This document shows, piece after piece, positions 40,630 through 54,948 of a stretch of DNA of 64,000 bases. The first letter of the stretch is position 1. Each line of letters starts with the position of its first letter. This stretch comes from Auanema rhodensis (lineage: Eukaryota; Animalia; Nematoda), in assembly GCA_964057225.1 (NCBI GenBank), contig OZ059896.1, forward strand, positions 7,316,001 through 7,380,000, given 5' to 3'. The translations under genes were made by a program, and so were the position numbers. The notes under the pieces were generated by a model. That model made no database searches, was not told where the DNA came from, and was given only the letters and a program-made list of their open reading frames with translations.

Positions 40630-43600
40630 CAAAGAAAAAGGATAAATAGGTAGAAAAGGGGGGATAGAGAGAATGCGGTGAGGGAGAGAAAGCTTATTAC
40701 AACACCCTAGTTACTACAATCCTTATAGCAGTTTCTGATTGAATTGTCCATATAATACATGATGATTCGTAACGAACAAAAAGAAAAATTAAATAAAGTG
40801 AAATATTTAGAAAAATAAGAAGAAAAAGCAAAGTTAACGTCGAAAAGAAAGAAAAGATGGGTGGTTGTAATCCATCTTTAATGCAGGATCGAAAGCAATT
40901 GAGACATATTGCTCTAAGCTATAATTATGAAATGAGCCTTTTGTGGCTTGTACGACGTTGGGGATTATTCAAATTTAAAGATAACTAAGCAACTTAGCAA
41001 ATACTTTAGACACATATATTTGAGTATGAAAAGCATTTGGAAATCGCTAATAGCTTAAGACAAAATGAAATCTTTTCAGGTTTTATTTCTAATCGATGGT
41101 AAAATTAGTAGAAAAAATAAGATTATGAATAAAAAAATTGAAAATATTTCAAAAAAAATATAATTCTTTGGCAATATTAACGTTTAACACCTGGCGAAGT
41201 TGGAAATTATGAATAGTGGATAGAAATAGAAATACTTCTAGTAAATGGAGATATAATAATCAATAAAATGCTATTCATGATAGAGGAAGCTTGAATATCA
41301 AACGTACTATTATCATTTTAATTAAAAAAAAAAATAATAAAAACTGAATGAAATAATATGTTTGGGGGAAAAATAAATAAAATGACGTAATTGTATTGTT
41401 TATTCGTTATAGTAGATGTACGAATGGAGACGCAGAACATTCCAATATTCGGATATGTTCAGGAATGTTGTAAGTAGAGACAGGAAATATCAATCTCAGA
41501 TCAGATAGTATTAGAGGAGTAGAGCTAAGACAGCAAGACAAGAGAAGAGGAGGAGGGGGTTGAAGAGAAACAAAAGAGCAAATCGATTCGACTTGTGTCT
41601 AACGGATGGAAACTTGGCAGGGAGTAGATCGAGAAGCACAGTGAACTTGAAGTAGCATGAAGGTCAGAGCATTAAATATGAAGATTATTTGAAGACAATA
41701 ACTGGCTGAATCAGTATTTCATTCGAAGCAGTAGTGAAGCATAACTCCGTTTTACTAATTTTCAAATCATTTTATTATGAAAAACAAAATTGAAAACTTG
41801 ATGGTCATGTTCAAAAGCATTAGTATATATCAGAAGTCAGAACAAGTAAGCTGAAAGAATATCTATAATAAGCATCAGATTTCGGTTGTAGTTTAAGTCA
41901 GCTCCAGATATATAGCTTGAGACTATAGAACAACATAGAGATAATCATGTCGAAGCAAATACATAAATATCTTGATAATAGAAAATATTGAAAATCGCTG
42001 AAAATGTGTTATGAAGTCAAATTGAAAACAATACACGACTTAGTTTTCACTATTACTTAAGTTAGATGAAGAAATCTTCAGCTCTTTAGCCTACTAAATT
42101 CAAATAACTTGAAGATAATGAGTTGGAAAATGGATAAAGTGACAGGTAGGTTAAAAACTAGAAAAGCCATCGATTTTGTTAAGGAAATGCGAGTATAAGC
42201 CCGACTAGGGTATACGCTGACTTGAGCCTGACAGAAGAAGACGAAGAGATGAAGAAGAAGACGGAGGAGGAGGGGGAAGAAGAAAGGGGGACTATGGCTA
42301 GCCGGCTGGTTGGTTGGCTGCTGTTGGCGCCAGGAGGGAAAAGCCGCTGTAGAGGGAGACGGGGAATCGATATGAGGCTGGGGCATGATGGGGCTGCGAT
42401 GGATGGCTGAAGGGGAAGAGAAAGGGGTAAATCGAGATGCAGAACACTAGCAACTGGAGTTTGATGGAGGAAGAGAGAATGGAAAAGAGAAAGAGAGTTT
42501 GAAAGAAGGTTAGGCAGTTAAGGAAAAGAGAGAGAGAGAGAGAAAAAATAAGAGAGAACGGAAAAAAAAGAGAAAAGTTTTTTTTAATTTTTAAAAATGA
42601 TTGTTTGATATGTTGAAATATAAATTGGAATTTCAAAAATTCTTATATGGTTAAAATAGTTTTAGAAATAATAAGATGAAAATTATAATATATTCTCCTC
42701 ATCTTATAGTTTGTGAAAAATTTCAAGCGAATTTGAACATCTTTCCTCGTGGTCCCAGTGGATTAAGTAGAAGATAAATAATGAGAAAATATTACCAAAT
42801 AGGATTCTTAGCCTTCATAAGCACAACCTTTAAAATAAAAAAATATTAAATATTTCCAATATTATAGATGATTCTGAAAAATAAATATAAAGCTTGCCAA
42901 AATGAACGCTAATGTACTCAATGATTGAAAAAGCTTGAAGCTTTCAATTAAATAATGTGACATAGGAAAAAAAATTAAAATTGTAATTCTGAATCCAGAC
43001 ATAGCTTCAAATTGCTATATTATATAAAGTTTTCAATTAAAATTCTATTGAGATAACAAGTCAATTCATAAATTTATTGTAAAATCAAAACGTTTGAGAT
43101 GACAACGAAGAGCATTAGTAAAATCAGAAGTTTCTTTACCACAATGTTTCGGACATTTTCTGTGATTGTATAGGTTTTGAGTTTCGACAACAAAAAAACG
43201 AAAAACTGTTTGAGGAGCTCTTCAGAAAGCTATCGTTCCAGTGAGTGTTCTCAGACTATAGAGAGATACTAGCAGATTTAGATGATTTTACTCTTAGTTA
43301 CCAAACGTAGGGCAGTTAATAGAATATAGCAAAATATTAATTTAAATAAATTAGAAATTATTTTTTTCTTGAAATTGAAAAAAATGAAATAAACTTGAGA
43401 TTGTCTCGAACAATCATATAGTATACTCTCTCTTTAACTTAATATACTGATAATGATAATAAATAGATACTTTAATTTTAATTTCTTTTTTCAATAAAGA
43501 ACAAAATTTATAAAAATTTATATTTATATATATTAAAATATAAACAATGATGTAAACAACTGCGTTTAGGCTATTTTTCTATTCTTACTCCTCTTCTGCT

Positions 43601-46600
43601 TCTTTATTCATTTCTCTACTCACAGAAAGCATAAAGTCACATAGATTTAACTGGTTGCTCGTAATGTGACAAGAAAAAATAATATATTATTTATTATTAT
43701 TTTTAAAAATACATGAAACGCTTTATAGTTTAAAGAAGACAAGTATACTAAAAAGATCATTACTTTTCTATTACATTAGCATAAAAGTGAATTTACGTGA
43801 AACGTAACACGTTCATATCTGCTCGCAACGCTATGATCTGAAAATTATTTTTTCAAAAAGCTTGATTCAAATCACAGAACATATTAAAATTTATATTTAT
43901 TTAATTATTTTTTATTTTTATTAAAGAACATTGAATATATTTATATAAATTGTATTGTTAGATTACATTCTTAATCTATGTAAGTAGTTAAGATAAGCGA
44001 TAAGAAAGTACTTTAAAATTCATCTAATCCTGTATTAAAATAATGAAAAACATTATTAACCTAATTCACGTATATCGCATTTTACTTTACAATCTTTCCA
44101 ACTTTATCTTCTTTTTACTCTATAGCCTTAGGACAATTGTAATAGATCCGTATCCAAATTGCGTCTGCTGCTTTGCTGTCTGGACCCAGAGCATACTCCC
44201 AAAACAAAGTTGGAACTCCGGAAGCTGAAAGGAAATGGAAAAAAAGCGAATGAGAGTAAGATATAGGCTTGTCCACAAAAGGGTGTCCATTCAGCCGGAT
44301 AACAACTTTTAGTTGCCATATTTTCAGATTGAAGCATACAACAATATATCAAAAGAAAATAGTCTTTCTTCTTCCCGAAAAAAAATCGTAATGCTTTTTC
44401 TTTTACATTCTGTTTGAAATAAAAATAGCTTTAAATCTCAAATTTAATATAAAATTTGAGTTAATTTCTTTTAATATTTTCAGATAGATCACATATATGC
44501 TAATAATAAATAAATGTTTTAATAGTAACAGGATAAAAAACAAATCGTAAAGTCAAAAGCTAGATCGCATGTGAAATTTCTTTGAAACAGAAATTTGATG
44601 TAATTGGTACTAATTGGAAGTTAACTAGTCTTGACACTATGCTCGATGGAATGACAGGAAAATGAACAAAAGCAGATACAGATGTATTGTAAAAGCTAAA
44701 ATTTAAATTTTCTTTAAGAAGACCTTTAGTCTGGAGCTTAGGCCGAATTGGTCAATGTTATTCAATAGTTGCAGAAAGTTCTCTAATGGATTTTTAACAA
44801 TTGTCAAAAATTCTGAAATAATTTAACATTCACGTTTTTCAATTTTTTATTATCTGTTTGTAATATACATAAATATATTATATAGAGCAAATATTAAATG
44901 ATATGAAAGAAGAAAACGGTTTTTATTAGAAATAATTTCTGCTGTTTTTCTCTTAATAGCTCTTCGTCGAATTCTCCGATGCCGTCCTACTTTGATGCCG
45001 TAAATACAACATGTGGTCCAGAAGAGGAAAAGTCAACATTCATAGCTATCAGGAAGTGTAACAATGAAGAGAAACAGACATTGAAAGGACAGATGAATAA
45101 AGAAAATGATAGAGGGATTAGAAGTGATAAAGAGAAGAGAAGGAATATATAAAAGATATGAAAGACAGGAGTGAACGTGAGAACAATATGTATTGAAAAA
45201 AACGAAACATTATAAAAAGTTTGAAGAAATTAAATAGAAAAAAGCTAAAACTGATATTTAGAAACCTTAATAAATTTTATAAAATGTATCCTTTATTGAA
45301 ATAATTTACAATCACAAATTGAAAAGAAACAAATTTAGGTTTATAGTGAAGGGTGGGAGGTTGGGAGTTGGTAGAACAACTGCATAAACATCTGTAGTTT
45401 TCTTTTTTTCAGAACCCTTTTTTACAGAAAAAGACAGTATACTCTAATACAGTATCTCAGAAAAAAAGTTCCTGCAAATTCGAACAGATAATTTATATAA
45501 GAACATTTGATTTCTGGTTGTATCATTATGTCCATTTCTTTCAGTTTTCTTCGTTATTCCTTTGAAGTTCGATGTCATCATTTTGAAATCCATGGCTATT
45601 ATTCTTTATCAATGACAAGATTGATAGATCTTGTTTTCACACAAAAAAATCTTTGACATAATAATGATATTCGTCTTTAAATATGAAATATTTGAACATT
45701 CATTTGGAGATTATTCTATAAAATTAAAAATATTGATTTCTTAATCATTGATTATCAATTGATGTTTATATAGTGACTATTCTAAAATATATCAAAACGT
45801 ATTTAAATATGTATATCTTAATTTATTAAATGAATATATATATATATATATATATTATTTTATTAATTTTACTAATTTAAACAAAATGATATATTTTGGG
45901 CATAAATCACATATTAGCTATATTAATTTTTTTGGCTGAATGCTTGTGATGAACTTTGATTTGGTGTGTAGATAATAGGCGTAAGTATTTATTGCATCAT
46001 CAAATGTGATGTTTGATGTTAGTATGCCTATTTGCATATATATATCTTGAGTATAAGAAAACTTTTAAACTACAGTATGGATAAGTGTTATAACAGAATC
46101 TTTTTTAAAGTTTTCATATATTCAAAAAAAAATTAATGAAACGTTGTTAAACTTTCACTTCCACTTGTTTCAGCAACTGAATCTGTCTTTGTAAGGATAC
46201 AGTAAACCATGATTTCTTGGAAAAATCACAAAATAAGATCAAATTTTCAATATTTATAACTGAGGGTTTGTACTAAATATTTGCATATAAAGAAACAGAC
46301 GTACAACTTGTCAATTTATAATGATGTTTTCGCCTCAAAACATGAAAAAGATTTAAAGTTAGTTGTATTATAATCAATCTATTTTCAGTTTGTTATTTAT
46401 TTTTTAAATATTTTTATGTGACTATAATTGATCATTTGATCTATTCATCTACAGTCGATTATACTTAATCAAAACATTAAACTATGCGTATGTTTGACGT
46501 CAAAAGATCAGTTACTTGTGCTCCAGTTCATTCTTGCTATACAACATCGATGTCATCATCATAGTCATCATCGTAATCTTCATAACTTGAGCGCTATTAA

Positions 46601-49600
46601 TTGGACCATATTCTTCTCCAGGTCGAATAACCATTAAATTCAAATCAAAGGTTTGAATATCTAAAGATTTATTTTCCTTTATAAACTTATAATATTATAT
46701 TTATAATATAAAATAGTAGTAAATATGAATATATGTATATAATGTATATTTAATAATTAAATTCAACCGATTCTTAGTGACATATTAGAGAAAAATAAGT
46801 TTGTGCACGTGGACTTCACGTGCTATATTTATCATTATTTCTGAATATTCTCTATTCGGCAATTGAGATTAAATGATTTTTCTTTGTAAATATTCTCGTT
46901 TGATTCTTGAAATATTAGCAGAGCTGTTTAAATTCTATTTCAATTATTTTTTTTAATGAGTTATGTTATATTCTCTTCTTCCTTTAATGATATTTTAATT
47001 TAGAAGTATTTTAATTAAATTATAATTTTATATAATGTTTCTTGGCTATTTGTCATAATTAAAGAAGAAAATCTTGTACATATAATTGTCCAAATATTTA
47101 AATAATGATGCAACTTGTTTAATATATTCATATTAAAACTTAGAAAATATATTCAATTTGTTGTATTATCTTTCGGATCAATCTCCGAGAATTCCATTCG
47201 GATTTCATCTAAAAGAATAGAACTGATATATTGACCATCACGATCAGATTAACAATTTTGATGTTTATAAACAACTTTACAACTTACTAAGATCAATGAT
47301 CACTGTAATTTTATCATTTTTTGAGTATTCCAACTCTTTTTTTCGATTGCAAAACTGGAAAATTCATTTTGACTAAGTTGAAAGAAGACATCGTAATGTT
47401 CTTTATAATTAAAAACACAATAATGAACATCACAGTTTATACTTTAAGATTACTCCTTATCTGAATAATCATCTAAAATGGAGTAGTATAATATGATAGA
47501 TAAATATCATCTTTGAATATATTAAAGGATGTTTTGAATTCAGTTTTATCATCATTGACATAGCGTTTTATTTTACTTGCGCTCAGTATGCAAGGCATAT
47601 TTATAAAATTTGTGTTTATAAAAGCGATGTTCATTCAAATTAAATCTTTTGCTATACAGATTATATATATATATATATATATATGATTTATTGTATTTAT
47701 GAAATATATATTTATATGATAACATTAGAGAATGAAATTTCATTAGCTGACATTCTTATCAATTAACAATAAGCTAACTCAATCAAAGACGTACATATTA
47801 ACTTCGTTCATAATGATACAACGGTGAGAAATTCAAGATCAAAATGTGTTCTTAGTCTATACATATAAACGTAGTTCATTGAAATGATGGCCTTCAGAAA
47901 CAAGTATCTCTTTCATGTTTAGATGGGTATCTGAAAGATTTACAAATATTTATTTTATTTCAACTTGCTGTGAAACTTTAACAAATCAGATCATCAATTC
48001 TAAATATAAAATATTATAACCAAAAATAATATATATATATATATGTATATATAGAAATATGAAATTTCTCACGAATCATTATATAATTTTTATATATTTT
48101 AAATAATTTCTGAGTTATTTTATTCAAATTTAGTAACATTTCAGGTACAAATAGAGCCTTATTCGAAATATGCATATCCGTTTCATTAAATATATGAATA
48201 TATAATCTATATTTGGAATCGTATTCATTTCCATTCAACAATCGTCTATTCATCCAAATGATTAGCTTTTCCTTAGTCTGAAAACGAATGTAATGATAGA
48301 TCGAAGAACATAATTATTCATTAATATTTTGAACAACACAACATATTTCTGCTTGCTTATTTATGAAAAGTGAGACGATGATGAGAAAAAATTGCACAAA
48401 GTTTTGTGCTAGATATGTGATAATAATTTCTCTTGAGAATAGGAATAAACAGTAAATCTATTATGGCCTACGATTTTCATCGTTAAGTATTTAAGTCTTT
48501 TAAATTTGTATTCATCCATTGTAGCTTATATAATCTCTTATCAAAAAAAGAAATGACGTGAAACTCAAATGGCATTTGTCTTTTTTGGAATAAGCCAAAT
48601 GATTGCATTTTGTGCTCAAATATTATCTTGATATCTTTAATTTGCGTCTCTATATATCCTTCCCAATATCAACGCGTTTTCATGGTAACAGATTTAGCCT
48701 AAAATCCTCTGTGTCTAGACTTCTTCTCTTTAAGAAATGAAGACATCAAATCTTTATCATTTAATATCTTTGCAATCAAGAGTGTTTAGTTTTTGACCAT
48801 AATGCAGTTCAAACAGACGTGTTAAACGACTCTTAGCAACACTATTCGGAAATTAATGAAGAAACCAATGGAGCAAGAAATCAGTGATATCATTCTTATC
48901 AATATAACCATTTTCGGTACAGAGTTTGAATATAATTTCTCTCACTGCTTCATCATTTCAACTTATCCTAACGAATGAAGAGCTGTTTTATTTTTCATTC
49001 ACAAGCAAATTCCTACTACAAGTCCAGAAGATTAAATGTTCAACATAATAGGAACTACATTCCGTATCTATTCTTATAGGAAGTTCTTGGGAATTACTTC
49101 TTGACTGATCTCATAATGATGTCAAGTGTTTTAAATGTCCATTTATCTTGTCTTGACAATCAAATAGCGAAAATATGATATAAAGATCAGAGTTGAACAA
49201 GGAGGACAAGAAATCGGAAACCTATCATCAAATTTGAAAATCGAAAAACCATTTTTTGATTCCAAAATAACCAATCACACCGCATTTGATAATCATGTTC
49301 AATGGTAACGTAGCTGAATATAGTTAAAAATCAAAGCATCTATTGATAAAAAAAATCTTTTAAGAAGATAGCACAAAGCTATTTATATATTTTCATTGAA
49401 GAAAGATCGAACAAACGATGCGCTATTACTGATCTGTGACGTAAGCATTAATAGTCTCGAAACATTTGTGTCACTGCTAAATCGACTTTTAAGATCAAAT
49501 TATTTCATGTTCAAAAGTAGAATCTTATCAGTCCTCTCACATGCGAAGCACATGTTTTAGATATATTCTGAACCCTGGCTCAAAATATAGCAATATAATT

Positions 49601-50397
49601 TAGGTATTTAATATTAAGCCTTCAATATTGCAAATTTAACACCCAATAGGATAATGATAATCATTTTAATTTTCAATCTCTGATACAATTTACTTTTCAT
49701 AAGAATTATTTTGAAAAGCTTAAGTCATACCTTTACAAATTCGAGGAGAAACAAAAAGATTCAGAAAAGGTTTGACAAGTATTTTTAGAAAAGGAATTAT
49801 TTACCGTTTTCATCATACAAGGCGGAAAAATTATTTTCCATACAATTTTAGAAAGTAAAATATGAGGAGAAAATGAGCACACAAATTCTCAATAAAAATG
49901 TCAACAATATCATAATTTAGTAGGTCTCATGAGCCTCCTTTCAAACTATCCTCACTCAACTAAAATAAAAAAAATAGAGATTAATGCACTTGAATGTTTT
50001 TGATGATTTGAGCTGAAATTGTATTATTATTATCGCGTAGTCCATACACAATAACAACTACATTAAATAGTTTTATCTATTTAAATAAATTTAAACTTTT
50101 GTTACAAGAAAATTCAAACATTAATATTCATGCTCTTAGACAATATATTCGTAACATCGCATCCACCGACAAATTTGTCCTCCTCGTTTTCACCAACTCC
50201 CGCCTTTTCCGCTATGAACTCCACCCCTTTCTACAGTCTCGATACTCTCTCACCCTATGTATGTCTAACATGAATCTTCCGTTCTCCCCTCTCTTTGTAT
50301 TTCTCTGTACTCTCTTTCATTTACACACTTTGTCGCTATTTTTCAGCCTGACTCTCTCAATCGCGTATGCTGTTTGCTCGGCCGCCTGACCCACCTG

Positions 50398-53300
50398 ATG
50401 TTTCGATCCTCGCCACTGATCTTTTCATCTGCTCTGACTACGTATGGGCTTGGTTCACCGTCCTCCTTCCCTTTCTCAGATCATAACTGCCTATACACAA
50501 ATTCTCTGCTTCTGATGCAACAGCAGAGTCAACTTAACTCACCTAGCTGTTCACCAATATCTCCAAGTACATCACGCAGCTCCACATCAATAAAGGTAGG
50601 AACATAAGTTTTTGAAATATATTTTATCGTTCTACCTCATATTCTTGCTATTCATATCTCCTATATTTTCCAGTCGTTCATTCTTAGTCTTTATGTTAGT
50701 ATACTGACGTGCAACGCGAAAATTTCTGTAGTTCTATTATCATATCTTCACAAATGCAAAGCAGGGTCCGTACCTTTGATTACATATGAAGTAGAAGTTG
50801 TAGCTATACAAATGCAGAGGATGTTGAATATTGATTAGCTTTGTAGTGTTTCCATGGTAATTTAGAATCTTGTCAGTTTCGTGTTTTGAATTAAGCCTCA
50901 AAATATCTTAGTACTTCAATTTGTCAGTCAATTATTTTCTTATTTTTATCAATATGTATGCGCTTTTTATACATTTATATTCATTTTCATAATTTTCTTG
51001 TTTACTTACTTCGAAATGTATTCATTCTATCTACCCGGAAAAAATCTTACATCTCCGAATTAGAAATTGAAAGTGCAGTTACAATTTATGGTCTGCTTAC
51101 CAGAGCTAAGCATATTGTATAGCCTCAAGCATATATAAAAATCAATTTGGCTTACTCCCACCAATATCCATAGTGATAAGATATAATGATTTTGTCATTC
51201 ACATTAATAAATTAATAATTCTCACGTGTTCCATTGTCAACGTTTCATTCTGTACTTGCAATCTACAGCGAAATGATTGAAAATACTCACACATTATTGA
51301 TTTTGTCTTGTCTCGTTATGATTTCGAACTCACCTGTATTTTGCGCGAATTGTTCGTTCTCAAATTAAATCTATCAGACTGCCAAAATCACCATCTGCTT
51401 GCTTGTCTTTTATAAGATAGCCTAAGTTCATGTAAGTGCTGACATATTGACCTTTTATGACAAACAATATGTAGACAAGTATTCTTCAAAGGCAAATGTA
51501 TGTTTTTCTAATGCTCATTACAACTATTTTACTTCTTACGCTACAATATCAATGAAACTTTAATTTTCCTGAAGTACAATAAAATACTTCTAGGAATCGT
51601 TACTATCTAGTTTTTTTCTGTGCTTGTTTGTTTATGTAAAGGTGTTACGCGTTACAATTGTTCTTTGTCAATTCTGACCTTTAACAGTGTTCTGCGTGTC
51701 CCACTAAGACCAGGAGTGAAATAGCAAGAAATTTCTGAAGGTGTTTGTAGTCTTCGGAAACTCATCACAAGCATGGTGAACTTTTGCTCTTTCGATCTAT
51801 AGCTATCTTTCTCGCTCAAATTCGCATTGGTTATCATGATGATTTGTGATTTCTGATAATCATTGCATTTTATAACAAAATAACTAAGCGAAATATTGTG
51901 GAGCATAAAGTAGAACTAATTTCCGCCATACAATTTAACATAATCTCAATATGATTATATTTCATATAGGGCGAGCGCTGTGTAGGTTGTGGGAGTGATT
52001 CTACTATTCGTGTACACTATGGAGCACCATCTTGCCACGGATGTAAAGCTTTCTTTCGGTAAGCAACCCAATTGAAAAACAAAATGAACATAACAATAAA
52101 AGAGAATAAAGAAAATATTTACTAATTTCAACAATTATAGGAGAAGCGTTTTTGAAGGACGCGTCTATGTCTGTAGTGCTGATAACCTATGCAACATTAC
52201 AAACGGTTGGTAAAACTTAAGAAACAAATTATTAATAATAATAATAGTATTATAACAAACAAAATAAACTATTTTATATAAAAAAATATTGTACTGTTAG
52301 CGGAAAAATGATTTTTTTGAATTTTAGAGTCCAGGAATCGCTGTCGAGCATGTCGGCTGAGAAACTGCCTCGAAGGCGGCATGAACCCAAAACATGTCCG
52401 CGAAGAAAGAACTAAAGTAGAAAAACTTCTGCATGGCATGACCAACGGTGTCTCAGCAGTTAATGATGTGATCACACCTTCCGAGCATGAGCACTTTATG
52501 GAATCTGTTGGCCCCACTACTAGTAACTCTACTACAGGTACGTGAGTATTTCCAAATGAGGATTTTCTTGTTTTTTTTCTATTAAAAGTCACGCATATAT
52601 ATCTTATGATCCTTAAAATAGTAGTCTGTTAGGCTGGGATATGAACTCAAAAGAATTGGTATATGCATAGAGTTCATACTACTATATAGAGTCTGAACTG
52701 ATTATTAGGGATTACTACGTGAGAGATATGATTTTATAATTGTTGGTGTGATCTTTGGTCTAGCATATCTTTCTTGGATTTTTTTTGTTCATGGAAGAGT
52801 AACAACATGCAAAGCTCTGAGATTCCTCCTTGGAGCTTCATTAAATTCTGAGGAATGGTTGCTTTTGGTCATCCTATTCCTGCCTCTCGGTATTCTAGCG
52901 ATGATTCTTTTGGAACTGACGAGTATGAAAGTGAAACTAGTTTAGGGTCCCAAGTTAAGTTTTATAAACAATCAAGTATCCTTTAAGCAGTCTTATAAAG
53001 AAAAATTTTCTGAATCCTAAATTTAAAACTGGATCATAAATTTTATTTCAGATGAATGTCAATTGACAACTTTTTTATGTACACTGGAACATCAAACTGA
53101 ACATTTGGTTGATGATGATAGAAGTGGTTCGACCTCAAATAGTGAATGGAGCAGACATGTATCTTTAACTCTTGGGATTCAGAATCCACAACTGGTAATA
53201 CATCGAACGCCTGTAAGCTTATCAGCTATTTTTTGTTCAAAGTGATTTTCTTCTACTATAATTTTAGCTAAACTGGAGATGTGAACGAGGCATATGCTCA

Positions 53301-54150
53301 AACGATTTATTCAGCCAGTGGTATCGAGCCTTTGTGCTGCATGCAGATTGGGCGTTGGGAATTCCCGATTTTAGAATAATACCTTTAGAAGACCAAGTTG
53401 GTTTCTGTTGTTCTTTGACGAATCTATTTATTAACTTATAGACACAACTATTCAAACAAAATTTTATGGCATTCGGCTGGATAACTTATTCATATAAATG
53501 CTATGATAACAATTTAGAAGAAGTTGGGATACCAATGGGAAATGGATCCTACATTCCGTACAATCAGGAAGATTTGAGATTAATAGAACCTAAGTAAGAA
53601 CAAAGTTGTATATAACGTTAATCGTATCATTTGAGGTGGGTGAATACTTATGGACCAGTATGCCAAAAACTCATTGAAATGACGGTAAAGCCAATGAAGG
53701 AGATGAAAATGAACTTGGAAGAGTATTGCCTTCTAAAGGCTATTGCTTTATTTCAACAAGGTAATTCGTCAAAATATATTTTTCATAAATGTCTGAAATT
53801 TCCAAGAATTTCTAGATTGTCCATTATCGACTACTGGCTTGAACATTTGTAAAAAAGTTAGCGAACGGCTGTTGGAATCCTTAGCAAAGTCAATAGCAAG
53901 AAATCATCCCAATCTTTCTCATATTCAGCAATCCATGAGAGCTATGAAAATATTACTACTTATTCCTTGTTTTAATGTACGTTTCGTCATAATTATTATC
54001 TTCTAAGTTTTAATATTTCAGCATATTGGAACTTTTGAATCATCGATGATTCTTACATTATCAGCATCTGATAGGAATGAACTAAGTGGGGTACCCCTCG
54101 AACTGATGAGTTCTCATACTGCACATTTGGCTAATCATCAAAGTCATTAA
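50398..54150 (+). CDS. Nematode nuclear hormone receptor (supplementary/HNF4-derived class)
   Basis: C4 zinc fingers CVGC...HYGAPSCHGCKAFFRRSV...YVCSADNLCNI...RNRCRACRLRNCL.GGM; ligand-binding-domain motifs ADWALGIPDF..IPLEDQ and EEYCLLKAIALF. The first coding exon 50398-50595 joins 51970 in phase 0. Confidence 0.9.
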
Positions 54151-54368
54151 GTGTATATTGATTATATTGTGATATTCTCTCCCTGTTCCATTGTATTCGG
54201 GTAACTTAGATTATGATATTCATATCGTTGATATACATGAACATTAATCAGTTGTTTGTTGAAAGAGTTTAATCATGAGATCATAATAAATATGAATAAA
54301 ACGGAATTTAAAACTTGAACCTGGGTTCAAAATCAGTGAAATTGTTAATTTAAATTATCCGTAAGAAA

Positions 54369-54815
54369 CTATTCTCTTCTTGATTCCTGGAACTCACGCC
54401 TCAGGTAATCAGCCAAACTCCTGGACGAATCAACAATCTTCAAATAGGCAGACTCTGCCTTCAAAATCCATGTCCTACATTAATACGAAAACAAATCAAA
54501 ACCTGGAGTATAGCTTGATCCTGTTTAAGAACAATATCCTTCTCTCTTCTATACCTCGCATCAACTTCATTTCTACGCCTCTCTAGTTCCTATTTTTCAA
54601 TTATATTGCACTATTGTATTAACAGGCATACCGAAATTTGTTCTTCTAATGAAGTTCTCTCACGTTCCAAAGTAACCAAATTTTGGTCAGTAATTTTCTT
54701 TTCCTGTTTCAATTTTTCAAGGTCTAAACTCGACACAAGAATAAGCTTAATCAAAAAACCACTCACAACTCACTATCTCATCAGTATGAATCTCGGAACC
54801 AACACGTGATGACAT
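54369..54815 (-). CDS. ssna-1: SSNA1/NA14/DIP13 microtubule-binding coiled-coil protein, 105 aa (exons 54815-54767, 54723-54632, 54589-54503, 54458-54369)
   Basis: Translation: MSSRVGSEIHTDEIVSYLEKLKQEKKITDQNLVTLERERTSLEEQISELERRRNEVDARYRREKDIVLKQDQAILQAESAYLKIVDSSRSLADYLRREFQESRRE*. AESAYLKIVDSS matches the SSNA1 signature (TEAAYLKILESS); 318 nt in total. Confidence 0.88.
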
Positions 54816-54948
54816 CTCTCCTGTACTATTAAACATACAGAAAAGAACTACTGCTTTACATAGTATTTTGGTATTAACCTTCGAAATTAACAGTAAAATA
54901 TTATGTATGTAACATTTATGCCACATAACAAACAAATCAACAACGTTT

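Noticed and set aside
41436-41480. Hairpin AACATTCC...GGAATGTT with a miR-1-like seed
   Set aside because: Only ~8 bp pair well and the flanks do not extend the stem to pre-miRNA length.
44120-44352. Exon-like GC-richer segment after a TTTCAG on the minus strand
   Set aside because: No partner exons or recognisable protein motif could be linked to it.
48500-49310. Possible decayed retroelement or ORF remnants on either strand
   Set aside because: Short peptide-like stretches with stops, but no unambiguous RT, integrase or transposase motif, terminal repeats or target-site duplication.
48676-50861. X-box (RFX/DAF-19)-like sites GTTTTCATGGTAAC (48676) and GTTTCCATGGTAAT (50848) near the nhr gene
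   Set aside because: About one match to the degenerate consensus is expected by chance in this window, and neither lies in the typical position just upstream of an ATG.
54315-54330. TTGAAC-CTGG-GTTCAA palindrome between the convergent nhr and ssna-1 3' ends
   Set aside because: A six-bp stem only; there is no A box or other support for a Pol III gene or terminator.
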